Notes under the pieces: generated by a model
Seen by the model: the letters and a program-made list of their open reading frames with translations, nothing else
Told to the model about the DNA's origin: nothing
Databases searched by the model: none
Assembly: GCA_964019335.1 (NCBI GenBank)
Contig: OZ025665.1
Coordinates: 62,001-126,000 of the forward strand
Direction of reading: 5' to 3'
Source of the DNA: Diplonema japonicum
Taxonomy: Eukaryota > Protista > Euglenozoa: Diplonemea
DNA: 64,000 bases
Shown: piece after piece, positions 46,701-59,741 of the stretch
How the letters are laid out: every line of letters starts with the position of its first letter
How positions within the stretch are numbered: the first letter of the stretch is position 1
Translations under genes and position numbers: made by a program

Positions 46701-49700
46701 CATCGTCCATATTTACTGAAACTGAGAGGTTGGCTGGGAGCTGGAGGTCACCAGAAGCGGCTGCTTCCCGCCAGTCGCCCATTTCCCATGGTGCCAGCCT
46801 GTTGTCATGAGTTGCCACGCTGCACAACATCAGCTTTGCTTTGAACTCTGATTTCTCATAAATTGACCACCCATTATTTACAGGGCACAGCACAGCAGTG
46901 TCATCATGTTTTTGGTACATCCATAAGCCCTGTACGTACTCTCCGTCGGCTTCGCCTACACCAGATACAGTCCGTACGCTACAGCCAGCTTCGATTGGAG
47001 TGTGCTTTCCGTGTATCCCACTGGTCAGAACCTTTGTTTCGTACAGCGCAGATTTGGGATCGACCTTTTGCACCATGTTCTCCACACGGCCGCATGAGTA
47101 CGTTTCCCCGCGCAGCATGGGGATGCTCCGGCCTGTTCGCCACCGTGTAGCGTATTTTAAAGCCTCGTTAAGGCTCATCTCACCTATCGCAGTCACGCTG
47201 CGGATGAGCTCAGCCATCCTAACTAGCTCGGCAGGTGATAGACATGACAACTCCGGGTATACATGGCATACCTTATACAGCACTGAGTGGTCACGTTCCC
47301 TGCTAGCCCACTGCCCCTGCAGGCCTTGCAGGATTGGCGTGACAGTTGCCGTGTGGTCGTGTCTGAAAGACAAACGCCGGGAACGGAACTCAAGATGCCC
47401 TTCACTGTGGACTTTACAGGCTGCGTTAAAAGCACGCAAGACTTCTCGTGCTTGGTTGGCAAACACAGTTAGTGACCTGCACAACTCCTTCTGCAGAGTG
47501 GCACGGTAGGCCAGGTCCTGGTATTCAGCCCCATTGCGCGACACACCGTCGTAGATGCACTCTAAGCTAGGCTGCCCTGTAGAGGGGAGGTGTATTACAA
47601 TCAGTGCAGCTTGCGAATATGTTGCCGTATCGTCGCACAACGTGCCTGAGATCCCCCTGCAGACTTCGACGAGCTTGTCTGTGGTCCCATTTTGCTGCTT
47701 CACCATGTTCTCCAGCTCTGCGATAGTGCCCTCTTCGGAGGTCGCGAGAAGCAGCTTTTCAATTGCGGCAATGTTCTCGTGTCCTGTGTCACACAGAGCA
47801 TTGTTCAGCGCTTCCCATAACCCTGCCACCTTGGTGCCCCCCACCTCACACCCAGAGCACCGTATGGGGTACCTCAGCGCTACACCCGCCTCCTTGCCCT
47901 CCTTCACTCGCTCCTGCTGCTTCAAGTACATCTTTACGTGCAGATCGGACGCAGCGACGAAAGGGTTGATATAGTTGCAGCAGTCGAGGAAAGTTTGGAA
48001 GGTTGCGTGCTGCATGTCCTTTGAATTCGAGAGTACTCTAGAAAGACCAGCGTCTTGTGCTTCAGGGTTGCACCGTGTGAATCTCACAAGGTTTTCACAT
48101 TGGAGGATGGTTCTAATGATACGGAGCACCTTGTAGTTGCACCCATGTGTGTATTTGACAATCTGCCCAGCTTGCTGGATGGCGGAGTGTAGTGGTATCG
48201 AATCAGGGTCGAGATTCACGAGGACATCCTTTTCGTCAACAAAGAAGTTCCTGTGAAGCTTGAGTGCAGGAGGTGGGTCCAATACAAGCTTGCGAAACCA
48301 CCGCAGATCAGTAACCATTGCACGGAGTGGGACTGCTCCATGGACAATGGCTTTTATCATCATAGGCTCGCAGCCTATTTTAGTGAAAAGGCGTTCTTCT
48401 TGTTCTTGAGTACCACCTTTATACCGGCAGTTCTCAGGGCTGAGTCCTGACAGAGCAACGCTGCATGGAGTGTCAAGTGTGAAGGAGGCGACTTGTTTGC
48501 AAACTTGGGAGAACTTCTCCGAATACTCTTGAAACTGCACCGGGCCTTTAGATACAAACTGTGCCCGCAATAACGGGCTATTGCTGGCACCGAGTTCCAA
48601 AACTGGTCGCAGTATGTCTGCAGCTTGTTGGTATTGTGCTTCTAACGTTGCTAACTCGACAACGTCTTTCCTGCGCAAAAGATCCTCGAGTGTGCTTAGC
48701 TCATCTGCCGCACCCACAACTCCCCACTTGCCGATGAGCTCTCGAAGGACACTAGTTACCTTGTCGATCTTCTGCACGATACCCTCAAAATTCAAATCTG
48801 TCTTTGAAAACGACAACCCGTTTGCTATATACACAGACACGTGTTTCTCGATGTGCTTCACGTGGTTGTGGGTCACAGTGTGCGCATCGAGGCGTGCCTG
48901 CAGCTCTTCATGAGCAGCTCTTAGCTTTTCAATGAACACTGTGCACTCTGGGAAAGCCTCTTCCAGAATCTCTAGGTGTGCCACCTCTACCGGCGGTGCC
49001 GACCATTCTATTTTCCGGATGGAGAAGTAATTGGTTAAAAGGATGCCTGCGGCTGTTCGCCGATCGCCTTCCAACGACGCAAGAGATCCCGGGATGGCAC
49101 CCTTTGCGCCTTTTGCTGTAAGCACCCACGTATCCAAGTCATGGTGCTTAGTTGTAAAAATAGGCGATCGAAGGATTTGGGTGCAGGCAAGGCTCCATAG
49201 CTTCATAATAAGGCAAGTGAGAGAAGTGCAGCTGGGAAGGGGGTCGGGAATGGTATGGCAGAGAACTTCATGAGACCCTGTGCCGAGCTCGAGGATTGCA
49301 GCGTCCCATCCGGAGAAAAGGTTTTCGAATGGGGTGCTGCAGGTTTGCAGAACAGCCTCAGGCCATTCATTGCATTCGGACATAAGTCCCTCTTCCCTTT
49401 TAACGAATACGCAGACGTGGTCTTCGAAGCCTGTCGACCACTTCCCAGAGTAAACGCCCCCTTCGGTGCTCCCATTGATCGTGACGGTGATGATGGCATT
49501 GGGCGAATCGTCAAAGTCATCGCTCACAGTTGAGGAGGGCTTTGTCTTGTCGGAGGTGACAAGCGTGAATGAAAAGAAGTCTGCATGGCACTCCGTGTGC
49601 GTGACACGCATATCAGAAAGTGTAGGGTGGTGCAGCTCCACATAGTGCCCCGTCACGCTGAAAGAATACGGTAAAATCTCGCATTCATACGCGGCCGAGC

Positions 49701-51282
49701 CTACCCAGTCCCACACCCCATCAAAACCGTGCCGAACCGACGCTGCCAGCGCAGGCACAATTCCCAACAGACCAGATGTTTTAGGTAAATTGCTTGCGAC
49801 CTGACGCAGCGTTGACACCGCATCGGCTGGGAGTAAACTCAGTCCAGCGAATGACTTACCCAAAACAGATACTAACGAGACGTTGGGGCGGCGGGAGGCT
49901 TGGTGGCTGAACCATTTCGCAGGCGTGAAACGTGAGGTGTCTTTAAGAACCTGCAGCATGGCTGTGATGCTGCTAGGGTGGTATCGTGAGACGTCGATCT
50001 CCTCGAACTGCTTGATGAAGTATGGCACCATGCCTGGGATGGACTTGAACACGGCGTTGATGTTCCCCTTGATGCCTTCGCCTGGAGGGTGTTTCAAGAC
50101 GGAAAACAGCATTCTTGTTGCAAAAATCACGACGGTCGTCTCACCCTTCAGCGCCGTCTGCTTTGTTGAATGGATGACGGCCTCAATCGCATTAGGGACA
50201 TCATTGTTCAGCCCAATGATCTCCTGCGCAGAGTGGTAAGAAAAGAGTGAGATGCTTGGTGTCGAGCCTTGCCCTGAACGGCCTCTGGGTGTGAACCATA
50301 CCACGCTGCCGTTTCCAAGAACACAGCCAAGGCATTCTGAAAAACTGTGTTGTTGGAATCTGTTAGGCAAGGGCAACGTGGGGACCTCTTCATGTCCAGC
50401 CTGCTTCAGAATAGCGGTTAGAGTGGTCCCACCTCGGGTCTCAGAATACAAAAGGTTTGATTGGTGAGATTTGATCTCAAATGTCCGAGTTTCGGTGTAC
50501 CACTTTCCGACGAGCTCTCTGAAGCGTGTCATTCTGTCGCCGACACCGCTGGTCATGGACAAGGGCGACCCAACTTCTTCTTCACGTTGGTCGTCAAGGC
50601 GCGCGTTCAGTACCCTTTCAGGGTGTTGAAGTATCCCCCAGGCAGCCTCCGGGGGGACAGAATCGGGGTGGCGAAACAACAGCGAACCATCTTCGATGGC
50701 GTTCCTTGGGGACGTGGCGGAGAGAGGCGAAGTCACTGTTTTTTCACTGTCCTTCCAAACTGCGATCTCAGCTATTCTCCTGCTGTCCGTGTTGTCTTGG
50801 AGGCTGCTGACAGGTTGGCCTTCCAAAGAACACTGACACAAAAAGAGATAATGATACGTCACCGAACCGTCCCTTCCATAGGGAAGGATGTTAAGCCAGT
50901 CTGTGAAGATGCCGTGGATGGTGAGGAAGAGTGAGATGGAAAGGATCTTTGTGCAGGATTCGTTCGGCTTTGTGGACACCGCTATGGCATACAGCTTTTC
51001 CATCAAGAAGGTTTGAATCTCGTACAGAACATTTATGCTGCTCAGTTCCCAGGAAACAGTGTTCTTCTGAACTACCTTCAACCCTTTGAGCGCCACCATC
51101 ATCACAACTACTTGTTGCAAACTCTCCACCTCACCTTTCTTCAGCACCGCAAGCAGTTCCTTCGCTTTATCCTCACCTCCTTGAAGGAGGCACCTTAAAT
51201 CTTCCGCATCCCCAACTTCTAAACCATCCTTTTCGAGAAGCCTTCGCACTGTCTCGTCATATGTCTCGATCTCGCCGCTCAT
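30123..51282 (-). CDS. RNF213(mysterin)-like giant AAA+ protein with SPRY and PDZ-like domains, ~5,922 aa; exons 34804-51282, 31424-31492, 31293-31385, 30123-31250
   Basis: AAA+ motifs GPSGTGKS, IDEMN, GAVNP, VSQRDIHR, GPPGTSKT, FVDEAGL, LKVLHYYLE, LDPAISNR, FGLRD, FNQNY and PAPFLNRLEKY parallel the RNF213 AAA core as I recall it. Two SPRY-like repeats. The ORF ends at donor CCA|GTATGT (34803), and three phase-0 GT-AG introns join it in frame to ORF 30123-31238. Confidence 0.85.
31591..31663 (-). tRNA. tRNA-Val (TAC), intronic
   Basis: GCACGTG/CATGTGT acceptor stem, CTCGC-CT-TAC-AC-GCGAG anticodon arm, GTCGG-TTCAATC-CCGGC T arm; followed by CTTTTTT. Confidence 0.95.
31731..33540 (+). mobile_element. 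5'-truncated non-LTR retrotransposon with restriction-like endonuclease (CRE-like) domain and poly(A) tail
   Basis: ORF 31733-33478 begins without an ATG directly after an A10 run; KPADILLP..LAVDVTVVHP..AKNKKH..C..FRPFAVETFGG is the PD-(D/E)xK RLE signature; short 3' UTR then A29 at 33512-33540. It is the only plus-strand coding unit in the window and is GC/purine-rich. Confidence 0.85.
33827..34426. mobile_element. MITE-like/foldback element with 34-bp inverted repeats (1 mismatch)
   Basis: GGGTGCCCCAACCGGCTTCCTTTAAATCATCGAG (33827-33860) versus CTCGATGATTTAAAGGAAGCCGGTGGGGGCACCC (34393-34426); AT-rich interior; no clear TSD. Confidence 0.65.
34626..34749. repeat. Degenerate 31-bp tandem repeat, ~4 copies
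   Basis: TTGGTGGAAAAAAAGTTGCAGGTTACTGCAC / TTGGTGGAAAACGAGTTGTAGGTTACCGTAC plus two more diverged copies. Confidence 0.7.
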
Positions 51283-51474
51283 TGCATTACTTTTCCCCAC
51301 CTTTTTTCTGAGATATATTATAATCGTTTGCTTCGTAAAAGCAGATAAAAAGAGGGTGGAAATTAAAAGAAAAACAAGCAGACTCTTAGGGGATGGTTAG
51401 TAGTTTTAGGCACGATCTTCACGACGCAAAAAGTCTCCAAAAAGGGCAGACGTAAAGGTGTATGAGACAGTTTC

Positions 51475-52359
51475 TCACAGAGGGATATTAGTGAACTCGT
51501 CAGTTTCGTCGGCGAAGGAAGGTGCGGAGAAGGACTGGGAGGACCTGATAGGAGCTGCAGAGGTGGTAGGGTACGGGGCGGCCAAGGGGCCTGTGGAGTT
51601 CGACTCCTTGAGCTTCTTGCGGATACGTCCGATAACGGTCTTGGTCCGGATGGACTGCGACCTCACGGCGGCGGTGAGCTTGTGATAGACAGGGCCTAGG
51701 GTTGGGTGGGGGTGCGTGGGGGTTGGTTCGTCACAGATGCCAAGACACATATCCTCAGTGTAGCTGAGCATGGAGGACACTTCCGATAGCAAACACATCA
51801 CAAAGATGCACTCTCTCTGCGTCTGTTCAACTCCAGTTACTGTTGCCTTTTCCAACTCAATCGTGATTTGTCTAATCGACTCCATCGCGTTCTGCACCAC
51901 AGCAAACACATCCTGCACACCACATGTCGTGTGGTCGGGCAGTACATACTGCACGCTAGTAGGAGATTCCACAGGAGAAGCTGGGGACGACACCCTTAGC
52001 TCATCGAACATGACTTGTATCCTGTCCTCTGTCCTTTTACATAGTAGATCAGCCTGAAGCTGTTTCGTCTCACCAGCTCGAACTTGTGCCTCCAAGGTTT
52101 TTATCTTAGTTTTCAATTCTATCATATCCTTCCTTTGCTGTTTCACTGTTCCTCGATACGCCTCTCGGTCTGCTTCTGCTTCTTGCAGCTCGCATCTTGT
52201 TTCCAGCTTCCCTAGTCTCTCCACTTCTGCTACATCTCTCAACCCCTGCACCTCCTCAAAGAGCTTCCTCGCAACAAGTTCATACCCATCTCCTTCACCA
52301 TTGTACCTTTCTACAAAATCTTCAAATGTTTTACAGGTTGTTAGCATGAGTGGGTTCAT
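51475..52359 (-). CDS. Hypothetical coiled-coil protein
   Basis: 294-aa ATG ORF with an N-terminal coiled coil and Ser/Pro-rich tail. Confidence 0.75.
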   Translation of the reverse strand: MNPLMLTTCKTFEDFVERYNGEGDGYELVARKLFEEVQGLRDVAEVERLGKLETRCELQEAEADREAYRGTVKQQRKDMIELKTKIKTLEAQVRAGETKQLQADLLCKRTEDRIQVMFDELRVSSPASPVESPTSVQYVLPDHTTCGVQDVFAVVQNAMESIRQITIELEKATVTGVEQTQRECIFVMCLLSEVSSMLSYTEDMCLGICDEPTPTHPHPTLGPVYHKLTAAVRSQSIRTKTVIGRIRKKLKESNSTGPLAAPYPTTSAAPIRSSQSFSAPSFADETDEFTNIPL

Positions 52360-52719
52360 TTTATTTTCCTTTCTTTTTTCTTTTTTATAGGAATACTTCC
52401 CGCTCTGTCTGTTTGGTTTTCTTTTTTTCTTTTTTTTGCAAGAAAAGCAAAGTTTTCAAAAAAGCTTATAAAAAAAAAAAAGAATCAAGAATGATTTCTT
52501 TTCTTTCCCCGTTGTTTTCCGAGCAAAAAAGAAAAAGAATAAGAAGAATAAACATAATTTTGAAGGATATGAGGAGAGAGGGAACAGAGAGATATTTCGG
52601 GGTTTACATCTTTTTTTTCTTTTTTTTACCTCATAAAAATTTATAGACCGCATGAGTAGGGGTAGGGGAATGCTTTTCAATTTTCTTTTTTTCTACTGGG
52701 AAGTAATATAATCTTCCGA

Positions 52720-55700
52720 TCAGTCGCCAAGGGAACACTCGGTTGCATCCACTGAGAAATCTGTGGGCTCGTGGCATGGAGTGTTGTGACCGCAGTTAGG
52801 AACAGCGGCAAGACCTTCTTCATCATCCTCCTTTGAAGCGGTATCAGAGTCATCGTCAAGAGCCTCCCAGAAGCAACGGAGGGAACGGCAGTAGTAGCCT
52901 ATGATAAGCAAGATAACACAGCAGAGCACAGAGAAGATCACGGTAACATAAATAACGGCTGCTGGGTAATCGTCATCCTCTGGTTTAATGCACTCCCCAA
53001 CACGGGTGCCCGGTATACTTGCACCATCCGATCGCTCAGCGCATCGCACAGGACCGCACGTTGACTTAATCCATTCTTCTAACGATCCCAAACAGTCATC
53101 TGTCTCACATTTTGTCCCTGAAAACCCTGATTCCGCACAGTTACATGTACACCCCAGCTCCTTTAGACCATCGGCTCTTCCTCTCCCATTACAGTCGTTC
53201 AGGTTGCTGCACGCTGTGTCATTGACACACCGTTCGATCTCCGGTCTCCACACGTAGTTTGTTTTGCATGCATTGCAGTGACAATTGTTCCATGGTGCCG
53301 CTGCGCCTTTGCAGTTCGAGATGGTCGACTTCGCACCGCATGTGTTAGCATCGAGTGTGACAGTTGCTTCCGAGTTGGTATTCGCATTCATCGCCTCCAG
53401 TGCTTCTTCTGACAGTAACCCCGTTAGCTTCCTCGAAATAAGAACAGCCAGCCTGTTCTGCACCAGGTTGTGGTTCAACCTGCGTTCCCACGACGACGTG
53501 AAGACCCACACCTCGACCCTCACCACGACCGAGCCTTTATCAACGTATACAATAGTGATGTTCTCCGCTACGAACGGCCTCCCCTCCCCTGCCACGAACC
53601 CGACGCCCGCCTGTTCCAACACCACGTCACGCACTGCAGTTTCAAACTTGGTTTTGTCGCCATTCGACAGTCCTTCATACCCAGCGTACTCCCACTGCGA
53701 AAACGTAATTCTGATGAACCGTGGGTGTCCCTCTTCCAATGTGCTGCAATTCCTTCCTGTAAAACCCTCAGGGCAGAAGCACTTGTGTCCCAGTTGCTGC
53801 CAGTTTGTAGGATCTGAGGTGTACAAGCACTCACCAACCTGACATTTTGGGCACGTACAAGCCCAGAAAGAGGTGTTGCACATCAGGTTGTCAGGGCACT
53901 GACAGTACACGTCCTCAGGGTTGATGGTGTTGTAAGCACTTGGGTCAGCAGGGACATAGTTGTCTGCAGCAAGGAGTTGCGGTTGCCCTACGGCGCCTGG
54001 CCAGCAGAATTGTGAAGAAGGTGAGAAAGGCTTCTGACCACACTTCGCCTTCACTTCGCAGGTGTGCGTGTTCGGATTGCAAAAGTGTGTCCCATCACAG
54101 ACACACAACGAATTTGCAGGGTCGAGCCTTGACAAGTTGGTGCATGCTGCCGGATTTGTCACGAGACGTTTTGTGCTGCAATCCACGCGTTCCACACAGG
54201 TCGGGTCGCCAGCCGTCGTGTGGCAGTACGTGTTCCCACCACACTCACAGGTCAGCAATGTGGGATTGTGTACAAGACCCGCAGCCTTGCATTGTTCGCT
54301 GCTTCCTGGATCCCCGCATTGCTTAGATGCCTCGCAAAGACCAGTGGTGCACACCAAACCTGTTGAGCACACACACAGCCCGTCGTGCAATATGGAGCCA
54401 CCAGTGCATTGGGCAGCCAGGGCCGCTGCATACGTGACAGTTCCTGAATCAGAGCAGGTGTAGGTCTTGTACGGGACGCAGTACTTCCCTTGTGCTACAG
54501 GGTCAACATAATAACCAGCAGGTGCACCGGGTGACGATGCAGAGGTGCATCGGTCACAGGCACAGTCTTCAAACGTTTTATCAGTGCTCATCACGTGCAC
54601 ACACCCCACGATGTCCCCTGCCATGCACCTCCCGTACTTCAGTGTTGACACTGCTGCGAACTCAGTTGGCTTCCCTGCTGCGAAAGTAATGCACTTCTCT
54701 GACAGCATCCCGCTAGTAGTTGCCGTTGCCGTAGATGTGACAGTCGTCACGTCACAGGGATCCATCAACCAGCTGGTGCTGCCACGCTTGGCTATACCAA
54801 CAGGAGTACTTGCCGTGTTCGTTGGCTCGAGGTTCACGGACACTTGAATGTCAGTGTTGGTGACATTGATAATGGTTCTCTCTTGCAAGACAGCGGAGTG
54901 GTGCTTGAGGCAGACGTATCCCACGCGACCCTTGAGCAGCACGCTGTCGGGGTCATAGACCCTGGGACTTGAGGGGAGCGTGAACCCGACGAGGGCCACA
55001 GGCCACCCGAGGTTGACACGGCCGTCCTTGTCATGGGCATAAGATGAGAGGGAGAAGGAGGTGTCACTATCGGGAGTGACAGTCGTGCCCACTATATTGA
55101 ACGCAGTGTCAAGACAAGAGTGGATGTTGATCCCCACCTCTGCGCACTCGGTGCAGTTCTGGCAAAGGCCGTGGGGTGCACCTTCGAGCAGAGCCTGGCC
55201 AACATCGCAGAGAGTTGTGAGGAGGGAGTCCACTCTCGAGCTGAGCTGCTCGACAGCGGTGAGTGTTGTTGCAGAACGTTTGGACGCAACAGGGATCACA
55301 GAGTCCTTTGTGAGGCCCTTCAGGAGAATGGATGCAGCTTCAGTAACTGAGGTGCTAGCCTCCCTGGTCATCCTGAGCCCTTGAAGGGGGTCAGATATGT
55401 CACGGAGGAGCTTCACAAGTGCATCATTCGCAATGTCGCGTTTCACAGGGTCGATAGTAGGGTCAGTGTTAGACACAGCCACGTTTATAATATCAGCAAG
55501 GACAGTGACAGCGTCAGCCACACGGTGGGCATAGACGCTCACTTTTCCCAAGGCTGCAAGTGATTCTACCTTTTGAGACAGTACGCCTGCCACGTCTTGG
55601 GCAAACTGTGTAACAGGTGAACCTTCCTTACATCCATACCTGTATTCTCACATTTCCATCAGCAACACTAATGGCTCTCACAAGCTTTGCATAATACACC

Positions 55701-58700
55701 ACTTCATCCACGCTTACACCTTGTATCCCCTCATTCGCCTTCGCAGTCAGGTTTGTTCCATGGCTCTCCACTGTCGCATCGGCAACACTGCGATGGGTTA
55801 TAACAATGCCCCCAGTACCATACCTCTTCACGCTTGGCCTCAACAGCGGCGACAACTTCAGAAGCTGTGTGTTCTTCGCCACTGCCTTGGCTCCGAACTC
55901 GTCTTCTAGATAACATTTCACCTATTATTATTTTGATATTTCATCATGAACCCCATACAGAGTAATATTCATCGGACTTCTCCTGGGTGTTAAAGATCCA
56001 TAAGGGCACAGGATACTCACGGGTGCGGAGGGGCTCAAATTCAATGTATTTGTACAAGGAAGCTGAAATATATGTATGTTCTTCTTCTATCCTCCATACC
56101 AAATCGCAGACAGACATCTGGTGGGTTCAGTGTGGAGGGGAGGGGGACAGGGGTGGGAGCAGCCGAGATGCAAGAAAGGAGGTCACAGGAGGAAGCGGTT
56201 GTGTTCCAGTTCACATGGGTGCAGCCAGCCATCTTTTCGCATTGCCATTGACAATCGTGCCTTCGCGTGACGACGCCTGTGGGAACGACAATAACTTTGC
56301 ACCCTGTGCAGAGTGCGCCTATGGGTGCCCATCTATCGATGGGGAACCAAGGGAGTTGGAAGCCTCTCTCCATGGGGACGTTGTAGTTGTCCATTTGGTT
56401 GTGGAGACTTACCCAGTTCACATTGTCGGTCGAGCCTCTGAGTACCCACTGTGTGATATCATTCGCTGGGCTGTCCAACCCCGTGACCATTGTAAAATGG
56501 TCAAAGGACGCAGGCTCCTTCAGCGTGATCGTGAATTTCTTCTTGTTGTAGTCCACCCACTGTGTTGTCACATCGTTGTCAAACACGTAGGCCGCCTCAC
56601 CCGTGTACTGTGCAAAGTTATCCTTCAAATACATTCATACCAACGGGTTGTCGGCTCCAACCTGCGTGACTACCGCCCTTGCAGATGGCACCACTCTATC
56701 CTCTTTCCCAGAGGTATCATAAAAGATGATCTCTGCTAACTGTGCGGCCTTCGCTTTCGTTTGCGCGTCAAACCCGTCGACAACACTGGCGATCTCCTCT
56801 TCTCCAAGAGGAGTTCCTGCTTGGTCAGCTGGTGTAACTGTTACAATCGCCCTGCGCAGGTTACATAAGTTACATAACCAAAACAAAAGGGGCATACTTG
56901 ACACTTTCCGTGTCGTTGAAGTCCTGGCAGTAGACAAGCACTTCGCCACCACCTGACTCAACATCCAGCTCCGGGATCTGCGTGGTGCCGATAGTGTCAA
57001 TATGGTTGGTGTTGATGATAACCTGCGTTATAGTCGACAGAACCCTTTGTCATACCGTGGCATTCGCCGTCTTTGAATCTTGCAGAGATGTGTAGTTGAT
57101 GGTGTAAGTGTATGTGATCATCAAATCAAAGTGGTAGCTGCCTGGCGTCTTTATTGCTGCCGACGTAAGGTTCAGCCCCCCGGTAGAGGTATCAATGAGT
57201 GCTACGAAGTCTTTGTGCGACGACAGACAGGAGCCAGAGTATGTGAAGTTCGGTGACGTCCAGCAAATAGTCTTCCCAGCCGCCTGGAAGTATACAGCAG
57301 ACGTTCCCGAGCCTGTCACAACAGGGGTGACTACAAGAGTGCTGTAGCCACCTGTTGTGTTGGCCGATAGCACACTTGGCACCGTATCCGAGCACGGCAC
57401 CCCGCTACAGAGAAGCCCTAACGACGGTTTCGGGATGTATGCAAACACGACGTCGATCGACTTGTTCAAACCGATCAGCGAATAAGAGTCTTCAGGAACT
57501 CCTGAACAACCCCTCGTGTAAGCAACGTCCGACCGGTTCCAATGCGCCCAGAGGGATATCTTGCTGCCGTCGTAGCTTGTAGGCTGTGCTACGGGTAAGA
57601 CATTGAATTTAAATTCGAACCCTGGTGCAGAAGCGACGTTCCAGTCTTTGAAAGAGCTGGTGACAGCAGACTTGACAAGGGAACTTACGGTGAGGAAATT
57701 AGAAAGGTTGGCACTTGGAGTAGAGCCGAGTACGTTGCTCACGACGAAGTCGTCAGTGAAGGCAGTCGTGGACGAGGAGATAGCTGCTGTCTCCTGGTTC
57801 TTGGGGGAGATTCTGCAAGACAGTCCTGCGGTGTCCTGTGGGTCCAGTACAGAGGGAGTGCACACCACTGTCACATCCGTCATTGGTCCCGCGATGTTCA
57901 TGATTCTCACCTCCGTCTTCGTTGTAGACTTCAATTCTACAGTGACAGTGAGCTGCGTGTAGTCAAAAGGCTCGTAAGCGATTTGCGTCACAACACCCAT
58001 TGTACCGCCGAAGATGTTGTACACGAATGGGATGTCCTCAGCACCCGTTAAGGCAGCTCTGCCCTTTCCAATGGGCTTCGGACACTGGGCTCCACTCCGT
58101 GTGCACAGCCTTTCTGTGTTGCTTATAGTGTATGACCCCGTTGTGATCGCCCCACCGAAGCTTGGATCTGGAAGCACTGCGGCACCGTGTTGATCAAGAC
58201 TGGTGATGTAACAAAAAATCATTGCGCCTTTGTTGGAGTCAGCTCCGACCGGTGAGTGGAATGATGGGTACGCATTTGCTGCGTTCGCCAACGTAGCCGA
58301 CCATGCGTGGGTACGGTCTGCATCGTTCGGACAAGCGAGCGTGAAGTCTTCTGGGTATCCGTAGAAATAATGCGTTTGGATAGGACCAACCACTTCTTGG
58401 TGAGTAACAGGGGAACTCCCCGAGGTGTACGTCACAGTGACTGAAAAACTCACCTCGACTGCTGATCGAACCGGAGCACCGAAAACCGAACAAGGGAATT
58501 GTAGGTAAAACTCCGATCCAGTTAGTTGTGTGAGTGTTGTGGTGGACAGTGGCACCTCAGTGACTCCGTCATGAATGATGGTGACAGGGGTGGTGTCGGT
58601 CAGGGCTGTGAGGGAGGTCCCTGTAAGGTTTTGGTAAGATACAGCTGCCTGGGTCATAGAGTACGTGGCAGTGCCTGAGGTTAAGGTGTTTGTTATTGTG

Positions 58701-58957
58701 CATCGCAGTTGTTCATCGATGTAAGCCCAAATGGGGCTGGTTCCTCCTACTGCTGAGGTGCTCCCCTTCAGTGTAACCCCCGTTGCTTCGCTCGCTGTGT
58801 CCTGCCCCAATGACGTCAACATGGCCATCGACGTTCGCAGATTACCACCGTTGTCTATTCTTGCACACGTGATCCCCACACTCTGCCCGTCAGCCCCATT
58901 TCTCGCAAACCCAAAAGCTGCGAAAAGGACGAAGTACAGTGTCTGGACACCGTGCAT
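52720..58957 (-). CDS. Large type-I membrane receptor/adhesin, ~2,005 aa (signal peptide, discoidin-like, PAN-like, REJ-like, EGF/Cys-rich repeats, TM); introns 57023-57055, 56852-56897, 56608-56640, 56063-56099, 55922-55958, 55606-55639
   Basis: Five ORFs plus two short exons join in frame through six GTATG..AG introns. Signal peptide MHGVQTLYFVLFAAFG; WVLRGSTDNVNW; CQWQC..CTHVNW; VKCYLEDEFGA; CFCPEGFTGRNC; TM AAVIYVTVIFSVLCCVILLIIGYY. Confidence 0.8.
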
Positions 58958-59161
58958 TTCTTTAAACTTCTTTTTCGCGTCTCACCCACCCCCTCCGTGA
59001 CAGCGGGGGTCCTGTTCTAAATGATACTTCTGTGCGATAGTCAGAAGATAAGGGAAGGGAAAGAAAAGGATCGGGGGAGAGCAGCAAAAAAAGAAAGGTG
59101 TGTGTGTGTGTGTGGGTAATGTTAGGTCATTAGGTCAATAACAGCAATAGGGGGGGGGGGG

Positions 59162-59741
59162 GGGGGGGTCACATGGGGGTGGTAAAGTGGGTTTTTTCAA
59201 ATTCGGAAATGCAGAACACTGGAGCCACTTAAACCATGTAAAACGCCCCTTTCTCGACCAAAAAATCGATCTTTTTACTTTTGGGCACCTACAAGGCATT
59301 ATTTTGCATTTTTAAAACTGGTGACCGCGGTTTGGTACCTGGCCTGTTGTCTCCCCTGTAGTTTCTGAATTTTCTGAAAATCTTAGAATTTGACCATGGT
59401 TTGACGCCGCTACTGTTTGAACGGCAGAGTATTGTCTTACATTGTCCGATTGTGAACTTTTCTGTGTTTTGCGCAGCATTTCTGATGAATATCTATCATT
59501 TTCCCGAGGTTAGGATGGTAAGTTTGTTTTTGCAAATATCAGGTACCAAACAGTGGTCACTGTTTTTCAAAAATACAGATAAAGCATTAACAAGTGCCCA
59601 GAAATGCTCTAATCCGGCGAATTTTGATTTTTTGGTTAATTTGGAGGGTATTGGGCGGTTTTTTTCATCTTAGGGGAAAAGATTTAAAAATACTTTTTTT
59701 TTCACGTTTAACCACGTTTTTTAGGACCATGTGACCCCCCC
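59162..59741. mobile_element. MITE with GGGGGGGTCACATGG terminal inverted repeats (~580 bp)
   Basis: G-run-TCACATGG at 59150-59176 versus CCATGTGA-C7 at 59727-59741; non-coding interior. The left boundary inside the G19 run is ambiguous. Confidence 0.75.

Noticed and set aside
56041-57055. Stop-codon readthrough or alternative genetic code suggested by abutting in-frame ORFs (V* then M)
   Set aside because: The TGA stops lie inside GTATGA donor sites of 33-nt introns; the standard code explains everything.
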